Source: Candidatus Omnitrophica bacterium UBA6249 | GTDB taxonomy: Bacteria; Omnitrophota; Gorgyraeia; Gygaellales; Profunditerraquicolaceae | Reading direction: 5' to 3' | Assembly: GCA_002441305.1 (NCBI GenBank) | Contig: DJVT01000009.1 | Span: forward strand, 281,156 to 345,155 | Length of the DNA: 64,000 bases | Part shown: positions 56,370 through 64,000 of the stretch, piece after piece | Numbering within the stretch: the stretch's first letter is position 1 | Layout: the number at the start of each line of letters is the position of its first letter | Position numbers and translations under genes: made by a program | The notes under the pieces: model-generated | What the model was told of the DNA's origin: nothing | What the model saw: only the letters and a program-made list of their open reading frames with translations | Database searches by the model: none

Positions 56370-58165
56370 ATTTTTAGGACCTCCAGGAATGCCTCTTGCG
56401 GTATTTCCACCCTGCCGAATTGTTTAAGCCGCTTCTTTCCTTTTTTCTGCGTATCCCAAAGTTTTCTTTTACGGGTAATATCCCCTCCGGAGCATCTGCT
56501 GGTAGCGTTCTTTCCCACCGGCCTTATTCTTTCCGAAGCGATTATCTGGCTCCCTATTGCGGCTTGAATATTTACCTCGAATAGCTGCCTGGGAATCAGG
56601 TCGCTCAGCTTCTGCACTAAAAGGCGGGCGCGCGAAAACGCCCTGTCCTTGAACATCAATGATGAAAAGGCATCGCAGACCTGCCCGTTAAGGAGAATGT
56701 CGAGCCTGACCAGTTTTGTGGGAAGATAATCTTTGAATTCGTAATCCATCGATCCGTATCCGCGGGTAATCGACTTTATGCGGTCATAAAAATCCACGAT
56801 TATTTCGGAAAGAGGAACCTGGAAAACCACCTTTACCCTGTCTTCGCTTAAGTACTCGTTGGAGGTAAATACTCCCCTGCGCGATTTCGCGAAATCGCAA
56901 ACAGCTTCTATCGAATCGACCGGCACGATCATTAAAAGGCTGGAATACGGTTCCTGCGCTTCTTCTATATCCTGCAAAGGGCAAAGCTTTGCAGGCGTAT
57001 CCACCTCGATAACCCTGCCATCCTTGGTTTTGATACGGTATACCACGTTGGGGACGGTAAGTATGAGGTTCAGGTTATACTCCCTCTCCAGGCGCTCCTG
57101 GACAATCTCCATATGCAGGAGCCCGAGAAACCCGCAACGGAACCCCGTACCGAACGACTGGGAGGACTCGGGCTCGAATACGAAAGAGGCGTCAGAAAGC
57201 TTCAGTTTATCCATTGCGTCGCGCAGCTCGGGAAAATCAGCCGGATTGACCGGGTATATCCCGCAGAAAACCAATGGTTTGGGCTGCCGGTAACCCGGCA
57301 TTGCCTCCAAACAGGGGCTCTTGGGGTCGGTAATCGTATCCCCGATGACCACCTCACGCGGGTCGCGCAGGTTAGCGGTAAAATACCCTACCTCGCCGCA
57401 GCTTAAAGAATCGACCTGGGAATATTTCAGGTCCTTGAAAACGCCCAACTCCTCTATCTTGTATGCTTTCCCGGTATGGAACATGCGGAGCGCTGTCTTC
57501 TGGGTTATTTGCCCGTCTATCACTTTTACAAAAACCACCACGCCCTTGAAAGAATCGAAGCGGCAATCGAAAATCAGGGCCTTGAGCGGGGCGCTCTCGT
57601 CCCCTCCCGGGCTGGGGACTGTTTCAATTATCCTATCCAGTATTTCGGTTATCCCGCGCCCCTCTTTTGCGGAAGCCAGGATAACCTCCTCCTCTTTAAA
57701 CCCCAATATGGACTCAACCTGCGTCTTTACCCTGGGCAGGTCGGAAGAAATAAGGTCTATCTTGTTTATCACGGGAATCACATGCAGGTTGTTTTCCATG
57801 GCCAGGTAATAATTGCCTACCGTCTGCGCCTCTATCCCCTGGCCGGCGTCAACCACAAGGACCGCCCCCTCGCAGGCAGCCAGGGACTTGGAGACCTCGT
57901 AAGTAAAATCGACATGGCCGGGGGTATCGATCAAATTCAGGATATACTCCTTATTGAATTTCTTGGAGAAATAGTTCAGCCTTACCATGGAAGCCTTGAT
58001 CGTAATACCTCTCTCCTTTTCAAGTTCCATGTCATCAAGCAGCTGGTCTCCCCTGTGGCGGGAGTCCACCGCGCCGGTAAGCTCCAGTATGCGGTCTGCC
58101 AGAGTAGACTTGCCGTGATCAATATGTGCAATTATAGAAAAATTCCTGAGGAGGGACTTATCCAT
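56366..58165 (-). CDS. lepA: Elongation factor 4
   Basis: 599 aa. NFSIIAHIDHGKSTLADRIL.. GTPase plus the LepA C-terminal domain. Confidence 0.97.
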   Translation of the reverse strand: MDKSLLRNFSIIAHIDHGKSTLADRILELTGAVDSRHRGDQLLDDMELEKERGITIKASMVRLNYFSKKFNKEYILNLIDTPGHVDFTYEVSKSLAACEGAVLVVDAGQGIEAQTVGNYYLAMENNLHVIPVINKIDLISSDLPRVKTQVESILGFKEEEVILASAKEGRGITEILDRIIETVPSPGGDESAPLKALIFDCRFDSFKGVVVFVKVIDGQITQKTALRMFHTGKAYKIEELGVFKDLKYSQVDSLSCGEVGYFTANLRDPREVVIGDTITDPKSPCLEAMPGYRQPKPLVFCGIYPVNPADFPELRDAMDKLKLSDASFVFEPESSQSFGTGFRCGFLGLLHMEIVQERLEREYNLNLILTVPNVVYRIKTKDGRVIEVDTPAKLCPLQDIEEAQEPYSSLLMIVPVDSIEAVCDFAKSRRGVFTSNEYLSEDRVKVVFQVPLSEIIVDFYDRIKSITRGYGSMDYEFKDYLPTKLVRLDILLNGQVCDAFSSLMFKDRAFSRARLLVQKLSDLIPRQLFEVNIQAAIGSQIIASERIRPVGKNATSRCSGGDITRKRKLWDTQKKGKKRLKQFGRVEIPQEAFLEVLKI

Positions 58166-58819
58166 TTACTTTACAAACTCCAGCATCTTGTCGACCACTT
58201 CCGTTATGGAAAGCTCCGAAGTGTCTATGTAGATTGCATCCTCTGCCTTACGCAGGGGGGAAACAAGCCTTGTGGAATCTATTTTATCGCGGTTTGACAG
58301 ATCCTTGGCTACATCCTTCTCCGCGATAGCCGTATTAGTCGTCTTTAATTCCTTAAAGCGCCTTTCCACCCTCACTTCGCAAGAAGCATCGATAAAAAAT
58401 TTCTTCTGGGCATCAGGAAAGACCACTGTGCCGATATCTCTCCCCTCCAGGACGCAATCGCCTTTTCTGCCCAGCCTTCTCTGCATCTCTACCAGGACAT
58501 CCCGCACCCCCTTAATCTTGGAAACATCGGATACTACCTGGGTTATCCTCGGCTGGCGTATATCCAAAGACACGTCCCTGCCGTCAAGCAGCACGGACAA
58601 GGAACCATCCGGGTTAGAGCGCAAATCTATGGTTGTGGTTAATGCCAGTTCGTTTATCCCTGCCTCATCCGAAGCGGGAACGCATTTTTCGATAGCTTTC
58701 AAAGTCAGCGCCCTGTACATCGCGCCTGTATCTATATAAAGAAAACCGAGTTTCTTGGCGAGTATTTTCGCCACAGTGCTTTTCCCTGCGCCCGCAGGAC
58801 CATCAATAGCTATGATCAT
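58166..58819 (-). CDS. cmk: Cytidylate kinase
   Basis: 217 aa. MIIAIDGPAGAGKSTVAKILAKKLGFLYIDTGAMYRALT. Confidence 0.95.
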   Translation of the reverse strand: MIIAIDGPAGAGKSTVAKILAKKLGFLYIDTGAMYRALTLKAIEKCVPASDEAGINELALTTTIDLRSNPDGSLSVLLDGRDVSLDIRQPRITQVVSDVSKIKGVRDVLVEMQRRLGRKGDCVLEGRDIGTVVFPDAQKKFFIDASCEVRVERRFKELKTTNTAIAEKDVAKDLSNRDKIDSTRLVSPLRKAEDAIYIDTSELSITEVVDKMLEFVK

Positions 58820-59645
58820 CCAGCTTCCCCCTTTTTACGCTTGCCCGGGATAAAAACTTCTTCAGCAGTTTTCCGTCCTTTTTCCTTAATGCCAGTTTTA
58901 AAAAAGCAAGCTTATCCTGAAAAACAGACAATGAAGACAAAATATTCGCCCGGTTGCTTAAAAATATGGAAGCCCATAACCCCGCATCCGAAGCTGAAAT
59001 ACGCGTAGAATCCTTAAGCCCCCCCGCCCCCAGGCTAAGAAACCTGTCCGGAACGGAAGAAATCAGGGCAAAGGCGACCGCGTGGGGCATATGGCTGGTA
59101 AAAGCCACCACCCTGTCATGCTCGGGAGGAGACAGCCTGACCACACTGCTCCCCAGCCCTTTCCAGAGGGCACTTACCCTGGATAATGCATCCTTTTTTG
59201 TCCCCGGGGCAGGTGTAATTATACAAACCGCCCCCTTAAATATATCTTTACGGATATTGGCTATCCCTCTTTTCTCCGAACCCGAAAGAGGATGGCAGCC
59301 GACAAAATTCGGAATCAACCTGCCCGCTTCATTCACAATCTCTTCTTTTGTGCTGCCTACATCGATGACTACGCAGCCCTTTTTTACTTTCTTGGCTATC
59401 TTTGCGGCTATTCCGAGTATCGTATCAACCGGAGTGGCTAATACAACCAGGTCCGCCTCTTTTACCACATCCAAAGACTCCCCTATTTGGTCTATCGCGC
59501 CAGTTTTCTTAGCGGTAACGGCATTCCTGCGGTTCCTGCTCAACCCGTAAATACAAGATACCATCCTGCGGTCCTTCAGCGCCTTGCCCAGGGAACCGCC
59601 GATCAATCCCGTCCCTATGATTACCGCCTTATCGAATACCTTCAT
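58803..59645 (-). CDS. tyrA: Prephenate/arogenate dehydrogenase
   Basis: 280 aa. N-terminal Rossmann VIIGTGLIGGSLGKAL and the prephenate dehydrogenase catalytic domain. Confidence 0.85.
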   Translation of the reverse strand: MKVFDKAVIIGTGLIGGSLGKALKDRRMVSCIYGLSRNRRNAVTAKKTGAIDQIGESLDVVKEADLVVLATPVDTILGIAAKIAKKVKKGCVVIDVGSTKEEIVNEAGRLIPNFVGCHPLSGSEKRGIANIRKDIFKGAVCIITPAPGTKKDALSRVSALWKGLGSSVVRLSPPEHDRVVAFTSHMPHAVAFALISSVPDRFLSLGAGGLKDSTRISASDAGLWASIFLSNRANILSSLSVFQDKLAFLKLALRKKDGKLLKKFLSRASVKRGKLDDHSY

Positions 59646-60661
59646 TTGATTTTTCTCCCCACAGAAGCGGCAACAGCCTTAAGTTCCGACATAAGCTTGG
59701 AGAACTTTTCGGGAATCAGCGATTGCTCTCCGTCCGATACCGCTTCCTCCGGCCGGTTATGCACCTCGATAATCAACCCGTCACAGCCGGCAGCCACGCC
59801 CGCCTTGGACAAATCCGGCACCAGGCCCCATTTCCCCGCCGCGTGGGAAGGATCTACTATTATCGGCAGGTGCGACAACTCCTTGGTAACAGGAATGGCG
59901 CTTATATCCAAAGTATTACGGGTGGAGTCCTCAAATGTGCGTATCCCCCTCTCGCAAAGAATTACCGAAAAATTCCCCCCGCTCAGGATATACTCTGCGG
60001 ACATGAGCATATCTTTGACACTGGAGGCCATTCCGCGCTTGAGAAGGACCGGCTTTTTAGTTGCCCCCACCTCTTTCAAAAGGTTAAAATTCTGCATATT
60101 GCGGCACCCTATCTGCAGGATATCGACAAAGCTGGCGACCATATCCACATCCCTGCCGTCCATAACCTCGCTTACCGTAACCATCCCCAGTTCATCCCCG
60201 GCCTTCTTAAGCATCTCCAGCCCGGATTTGCCAAGCCCCTGAAAGCTGTAAGGCGAAGTCCTCGGTTTGAACGCTCCGCCGCGCAATACATTGGCGCCGG
60301 CTTTCTTTACCGCCTTGCCGATTTCAAAAAGCCTGTCGATATTCTCTATGCTGCAAGGGCCGGCCATAACCACGAGTTCTTCGCCGCCGATACTGACCCC
60401 TTTTCCCAGGTCAATAAGGGAATTCTCTTTTTTGAACTCGCGCGAAACAAGGCGGAAAGGCGAAAGGACAGGAATGACTTTTTCCACTCCCGGAAACGCC
60501 TCGAGAGGGGTTATGCGCAGAGTATCCTCCGGCCCAATCACCCCGATAATCGTCCTCTCCGAACCTTGAGATACATGCGGGGTCAATCCCAGGGCTGTAA
60601 CTTTATCGATAATGTGCTTTACCTGCGAATCGCTGGCCTCCGGTTTCAATACGATAATCAT
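59642..60661 (-). CDS. aroF: 3-deoxy-7-phosphoheptulonate (DAHP) synthase, type I-beta with N-terminal ferredoxin-like regulatory domain
   Basis: 339 aa. About 70-aa N-terminal FL domain, then the DAHPS/KDO8PS TIM barrel (GPCSIEN..KPRTSPYSFQGLG..VDPSHA). Confidence 0.85.
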   Translation of the reverse strand: MIIVLKPEASDSQVKHIIDKVTALGLTPHVSQGSERTIIGVIGPEDTLRITPLEAFPGVEKVIPVLSPFRLVSREFKKENSLIDLGKGVSIGGEELVVMAGPCSIENIDRLFEIGKAVKKAGANVLRGGAFKPRTSPYSFQGLGKSGLEMLKKAGDELGMVTVSEVMDGRDVDMVASFVDILQIGCRNMQNFNLLKEVGATKKPVLLKRGMASSVKDMLMSAEYILSGGNFSVILCERGIRTFEDSTRNTLDISAIPVTKELSHLPIIVDPSHAAGKWGLVPDLSKAGVAAGCDGLIIEVHNRPEEAVSDGEQSLIPEKFSKLMSELKAVAASVGRKIK

Positions 60662-61758
60662 CTGTTTTTCTCCTTTAACACCTTCTTCAAGACCCGCACA
60701 AACCTTTTGTTCTCCGTTTGAGTGCCTACGGTTACCCGGATAAAATTCTTCAGATTATACTGTTTCATATCCCGCACGATCACCCCGAACTTTAGCATCG
60801 ACTTAAAAACCTCGAGGCAGTCCCTTCCCGTATCTATAAGGATAAAATTCGCCACCGAAGGAGTGAAGCCGAGCCCCATCCCGGAAAGCTCTTTATAGAT
60901 GAATTTCTTGCCTTCCAGCACCGCCCTCCGGCTTTTTTTAAGGAAATCCCTGTCGTCAAGGGCCGCAACACCGGCGGCCTGAGCCAGCATGTTCACATTG
61001 AAAGGCTGCCTCATCCTTTCCAGGTAGGAAACCGTATTCTTATCCGAAACAGCGTACCCTAAACGCAGCCCGGCCAGGCCGTAAGCCTTGGAAAAAGTCT
61101 TCAGGACAATGACCCTTTTCTTCTTTCTCAAAAGCCCTATTGAATCAGGGTAATCGTTTACATCGATAAAAGAATCATAGGCCTCGTCGAATACTACCGT
61201 TACCGAATCATCAAGCGCCTCGAGAAAATCCGCCACTTCCTCCCTGGTCACGTATGTGCCGGTAGGATTATTGGGATTGGCGATAAAGACAAGCTTGGTC
61301 TTTTTGTCAACCGCCCTGAGTACGGCCTCCAGGTCATATTTGAAATAACGCAAAGGGACCTTTTTAATCATGCGCTCGTTAACCTGGGCCATAATCCCGT
61401 ATTCAAGAAAAGTGCAGTCCGAAGTAACGATATTCTCTCCGGGCTCCAGGAAAGTCTTTATAATTATGTCTATAAGCTCGTCCGAACCGTTCCCGATGAC
61501 AAAATTATCCGTCTCGAGAGAATAATGCCTGGCAAGCTTCTTTTTCAGGTAGAAACTCTGGGAATCCGGATAACGGTTGATCTCCTTGAGGGCTTTGCTT
61601 ATCGCGCTCACCGCCCTGGGGGAAGGACCTAACGGATTCTCATTGGAAGCCAGCTTGATCACTTCTTTGAGGCCCAGCTGCCTTTTCGTTTCTTCTATCG
61701 GTTTCCCGGCGACATAAGGATCCACCTTTAACACGCTTTTACGCACCAATTCTTCCAC
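60658..61758 (-). CDS. hisC: Histidinol-phosphate / aromatic aminotransferase (class II PLP)
   Basis: 366 aa. KLASNENPLGPSP.., PLP lysine region TFSKAYGLAGLRLGY. Its position in the aromatic operon suggests aromatic aminotransferase use. Confidence 0.8.
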   Translation of the reverse strand: MEELVRKSVLKVDPYVAGKPIEETKRQLGLKEVIKLASNENPLGPSPRAVSAISKALKEINRYPDSQSFYLKKKLARHYSLETDNFVIGNGSDELIDIIIKTFLEPGENIVTSDCTFLEYGIMAQVNERMIKKVPLRYFKYDLEAVLRAVDKKTKLVFIANPNNPTGTYVTREEVADFLEALDDSVTVVFDEAYDSFIDVNDYPDSIGLLRKKKRVIVLKTFSKAYGLAGLRLGYAVSDKNTVSYLERMRQPFNVNMLAQAAGVAALDDRDFLKKSRRAVLEGKKFIYKELSGMGLGFTPSVANFILIDTGRDCLEVFKSMLKFGVIVRDMKQYNLKNFIRVTVGTQTENKRFVRVLKKVLKEKNR

Positions 61759-61761
61759 GGG

Positions 61762-62820
61762 TCATTCTCCTATGGGGTAAGAACCCAGTATCTTTAAAAA
61801 TGTACATTTGGTTTCCAGTTCCTTTAAAGCCTTTTTTATCCTGCTGTCATCCTGATGTCCGGAAATATCGGCAAAAAAATAATATTCCCAGGCCTTCCGC
61901 TTGGAAGGGCGGGATTCTATCTTGGTCAGGTTAACCCCGTATTTCTTGAAAGGAAGGAGCATCTCATAAAGCGCCCCCACATGGTCCTTTATGGAAAAAA
62001 TAACCGACGTCCTGTCGCGCCCAGTACGCGCAGCCACATTCTTTCCTATTACCAGAAAACGGGTGGCGTTCTTCAGGGAATCCTGGATATCCGAAGAGAT
62101 TACCTTCAAACCGTATACTTCGGAAGCAAGCATGGAAGCGATTGCCGCGCTGTTCTTTTCCTTTCTTGCTAACTCTGCCGCACGGGTAGTGCTCGATACA
62201 TCGATAAGTTCGGGCGCGGGAAGGTTTTTCCTCAGCCATATACGGCATTGGCCGAATACCTGCGGATTGGAATAAATCCTGCGAATACGTTCTTTGGGGC
62301 AGTTGGACAGGAGGTTGTGGGATACATTCAGGATCACCTGCGAGCATATCTTGAGTTCCGAGTCTATCAGCATATCCAGAGTATGAGTGACCGCTCCTTC
62401 GATAGAATTCTCCACCGGGACGACTCCATAATCCGCAGCTCCCCTCTCCACCTCAAGGAACACTTCCGGAATGCTTGCGCATGCGACAAAATCCATCCGC
62501 GAACCGAAACGCTTCAAAGCCGCCAGGTTGCTGAAAGACGCCTGCGGCCCCATATAGGCTACCTTAAGCATCTTTTCCAGGGCCAGGTTAGCCGACATTA
62601 TCTCCCGGTATATAGACTGCAGACCTGTTTTATCCAAAGGCCCCTTATTCAAAGATGCGATCCTGCGTAAAACATCCATCTCCCTTTCAGGAGAATATAT
62701 GCTTTTGCCTTTTTCGATCTTCTCTTTTCCTATCTTCTTGGTTATTTGCGCGCGCAGATTCAATAATTCAACCAATTTACGGTCGAGAGTGTCTATTTTT
62801 TTACGCATTTTACTGAGCAT
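61762..62820 (-). CDS. pheA: Bifunctional chorismate mutase / prephenate dehydratase
   Basis: 352 aa. N-terminal CM_2 helix (IDTLDRKLVELLNLRAQ), PDT domain, C-terminal ACT. Confidence 0.9.
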   Translation of the reverse strand: MLSKMRKKIDTLDRKLVELLNLRAQITKKIGKEKIEKGKSIYSPEREMDVLRRIASLNKGPLDKTGLQSIYREIMSANLALEKMLKVAYMGPQASFSNLAALKRFGSRMDFVACASIPEVFLEVERGAADYGVVPVENSIEGAVTHTLDMLIDSELKICSQVILNVSHNLLSNCPKERIRRIYSNPQVFGQCRIWLRKNLPAPELIDVSSTTRAAELARKEKNSAAIASMLASEVYGLKVISSDIQDSLKNATRFLVIGKNVAARTGRDRTSVIFSIKDHVGALYEMLLPFKKYGVNLTKIESRPSKRKAWEYYFFADISGHQDDSRIKKALKELETKCTFLKILGSYPIGE

Positions 62821-62822
62821 GG

Positions 62823-63407
62823 TCAGGCCTCCTGGCTTGTCTCGGGTAAAGGTTCTATTTCGTTTTTTTCTTCCGCCTCTTTGGCCATAGCCGTAAAATC
62901 GTCCATCTTGGGCAAATCGGCCAGGGATTTAAGCCCAAAGTGCTCCAGGAACTGCCTGGTAGTCCCGAAAACAAACGGCCTTCCGGGAACCTTTTTCCTG
63001 CCGCAAATACGAATCATGTTCTTTTCCAAAAGGCTCTTCATCACCCCGTCTACATTCACATTTCTCAAAGACTCGATCTCCGCCTTGGTCAGGGGTTGCT
63101 TATAAGCAATGATCGCCAGGCTCTCCAGCGCGGGCTTGGACAACTTTTCGCTAAGGCGGCATTTGAATAGTTTCTTAAGGAACGGGGAAAAAGACGTGGC
63201 GGCGATCATCTGGAAACCGCCCGCAATTTCGATTATACGCAATCCCCGGTTCTGGGCTTCGTACTCCGAGCAGAGCTCTTCTATGGCTTTGCGCACATTC
63301 GCGCCGTCGGAAATATCCAGGACTTTCTTGATCTGTTCCACTGTTATCGGCTTATCCGAAGCGAATATCAGGGCCTCGATTGCCGATTTGAAATTGTTTT
63401 CTTCCAT
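62823..63407 (-). CDS. scpB: Segregation and condensation protein B
   Basis: 194 aa. IEALIFASDKPITVEQIKKVL.. and GRPFVFGTTRQFLEHFGL winged-helix signature. Confidence 0.85.
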   Translation of the reverse strand: MEENNFKSAIEALIFASDKPITVEQIKKVLDISDGANVRKAIEELCSEYEAQNRGLRIIEIAGGFQMIAATSFSPFLKKLFKCRLSEKLSKPALESLAIIAYKQPLTKAEIESLRNVNVDGVMKSLLEKNMIRICGRKKVPGRPFVFGTTRQFLEHFGLKSLADLPKMDDFTAMAKEAEEKNEIEPLPETSQEA

Positions 63408-63411
63408 ATTC

Positions 63412-64000
63412 TCACCCGCGGCGTTTTTGTTTATATACCAGGTTTAAAAGCTCCTCCGTGGTAGCTGCACCCTTATCCGACTCCAGCGCCTTCTTGATCA
63501 TGGCAGAGGCCTCGGGCTTCTTGTACTGGAGCTGGAGCAGCACATCCAATGCCTCCTCGGATATATCCTTGGGGACAGTCTTTTCCCGTACGCTGCCGTC
63601 ACGAATCAAGCCGAATTTACCGACCTTGTTCTGAAGCTTGGCGATGATTTCCTTGGCCCTCTGCTCGCCTATCCCGGGCAGCGATTTTAGAAACCCTAAA
63701 TCGCCCTCATCGATAGCCCTGGCAATCGACGAAATCGGTTTATTCAAAGCCCTTAATGCCGCACGCGGCCCTATTCCGGATACGGTAATAAAAATTTCAA
63801 AGAAGTCTTTTTCCACCTGGCTGAGGAACCCGATGAGCACGGGGATGCTTTTCGCCTGGTCTACCTGGTGATAATGATAGGTCAGGACTGTCACGTCCTT
63901 TTTCTCTTCGGGGAATTCGTCTATGCGCTGCATGACGCAGGAGGGGATAAGCACGCTATAGCTTATTCCACCCAGGTCGATGACCAGGTAATTCTCCCCT
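63412..64000 (-). CDS. ruvA: Holliday junction branch migration protein RuvA (N-terminus beyond window end)
   Basis: HhH motifs ITVSGIGPRAAL and LKSLPGIGEQRAKEI, domain III EEALDVLLQLQYKKPEA. Track ORF starts at a GTG (63954), but the frame stays open to 64000 (..GENYLVIDLGGISYSV = RuvA domain I). Confidence 0.8.
   Translation of the reverse strand, partial: GENYLVIDLGGISYSVLIPSCVMQRIDEFPEEKKDVTVLTYHYHQVDQAKSIPVLIGFLSQVEKDFFEIFITVSGIGPRAALRALNKPISSIARAIDEGDLGFLKSLPGIGEQRAKEIIAKLQNKVGKFGLIRDGSVREKTVPKDISEEALDVLLQLQYKKPEASAMIKKALESDKGAATTEELLNLVYKQKRRG

Noticed and set aside
57476-58297. 273-aa plus-strand ORF
   Set aside because: Antisense to lepA.
59723-60721. 332-aa plus-strand ORF
   Set aside because: Antisense to the DAHP synthase gene, with no motifs; spurious shadow ORF.

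Overview
This 64 kb window is a very compact bacterial chromosomal segment with about 50% GC. Almost every gene sits on the minus strand (positions 1-33360 and 34772-47848 are uninterrupted minus-strand runs). Intergenic gaps are tiny, start/stop overlaps are frequent, and tRNA genes abut CDS ends.

The content is mostly housekeeping:
- dnaE (runs off the window start), guaA plus a CBS-less IMPDH-family gene, and groES-groEL behind a perfect sigma70 promoter with a CIRCE operator.
- coaX-uvrB-nadC-valS-cimA-lysC.
- A threonine block (hom-thrC-coaB-apgM-like-lysC) in which canonical thrB is replaced by a phosphoglycerate-mutase-family protein.
- Two PilZ genes, tRNA-Pro, gpsA, and a PAS histidine kinase with a single-domain response regulator.
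- A tRNA Thr-Tyr-Gly cluster, then nnr-acpS-pdxJ, cdaA (with only a 42-aa CdaR-like remnant), folP, ftsH and tilS.
- tsaD, ctpA, gatCAB, plsY-pgsA-lepB-lepA-cmk, the aromatic amino acid genes tyrA-aroF-hisC-pheA, scpB, and ruvA (runs off the window end).

The non-routine content is concentrated in two places:
- Positions 34.8-41.7 kb hold the Wood-Ljungdahl corrinoid iron-sulfur protein module acsC-RACo-acsD-acsE, preceded by an orphan larB (nickel-pincer cofactor biosynthesis) translationally coupled to acsC. Upstream sit an unusual pair of excisionase-type HTH proteins, one fused to a bactofilin polymer domain and one membrane-anchored. A tRNA(CAT) with an apparent A19:U56 covariation follows acsE directly.
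- Positions 47.9-54.1 kb hold a convergent pair. One is a 1083-aa GH94-like glycoside phosphorylase-like protein, the only large plus-strand gene besides a lone Wzx-like flippase. The other is a 950-aa TPR + beta-barrel outer-membrane-like protein. Both are driven by textbook consensus promoters that would give (near-)leaderless, Shine-Dalgarno-less mRNAs.

No CRISPR arrays, transposases, integrases or rRNA genes were seen. All assignments come from reading the translations and sequence by eye; no database searches were run.
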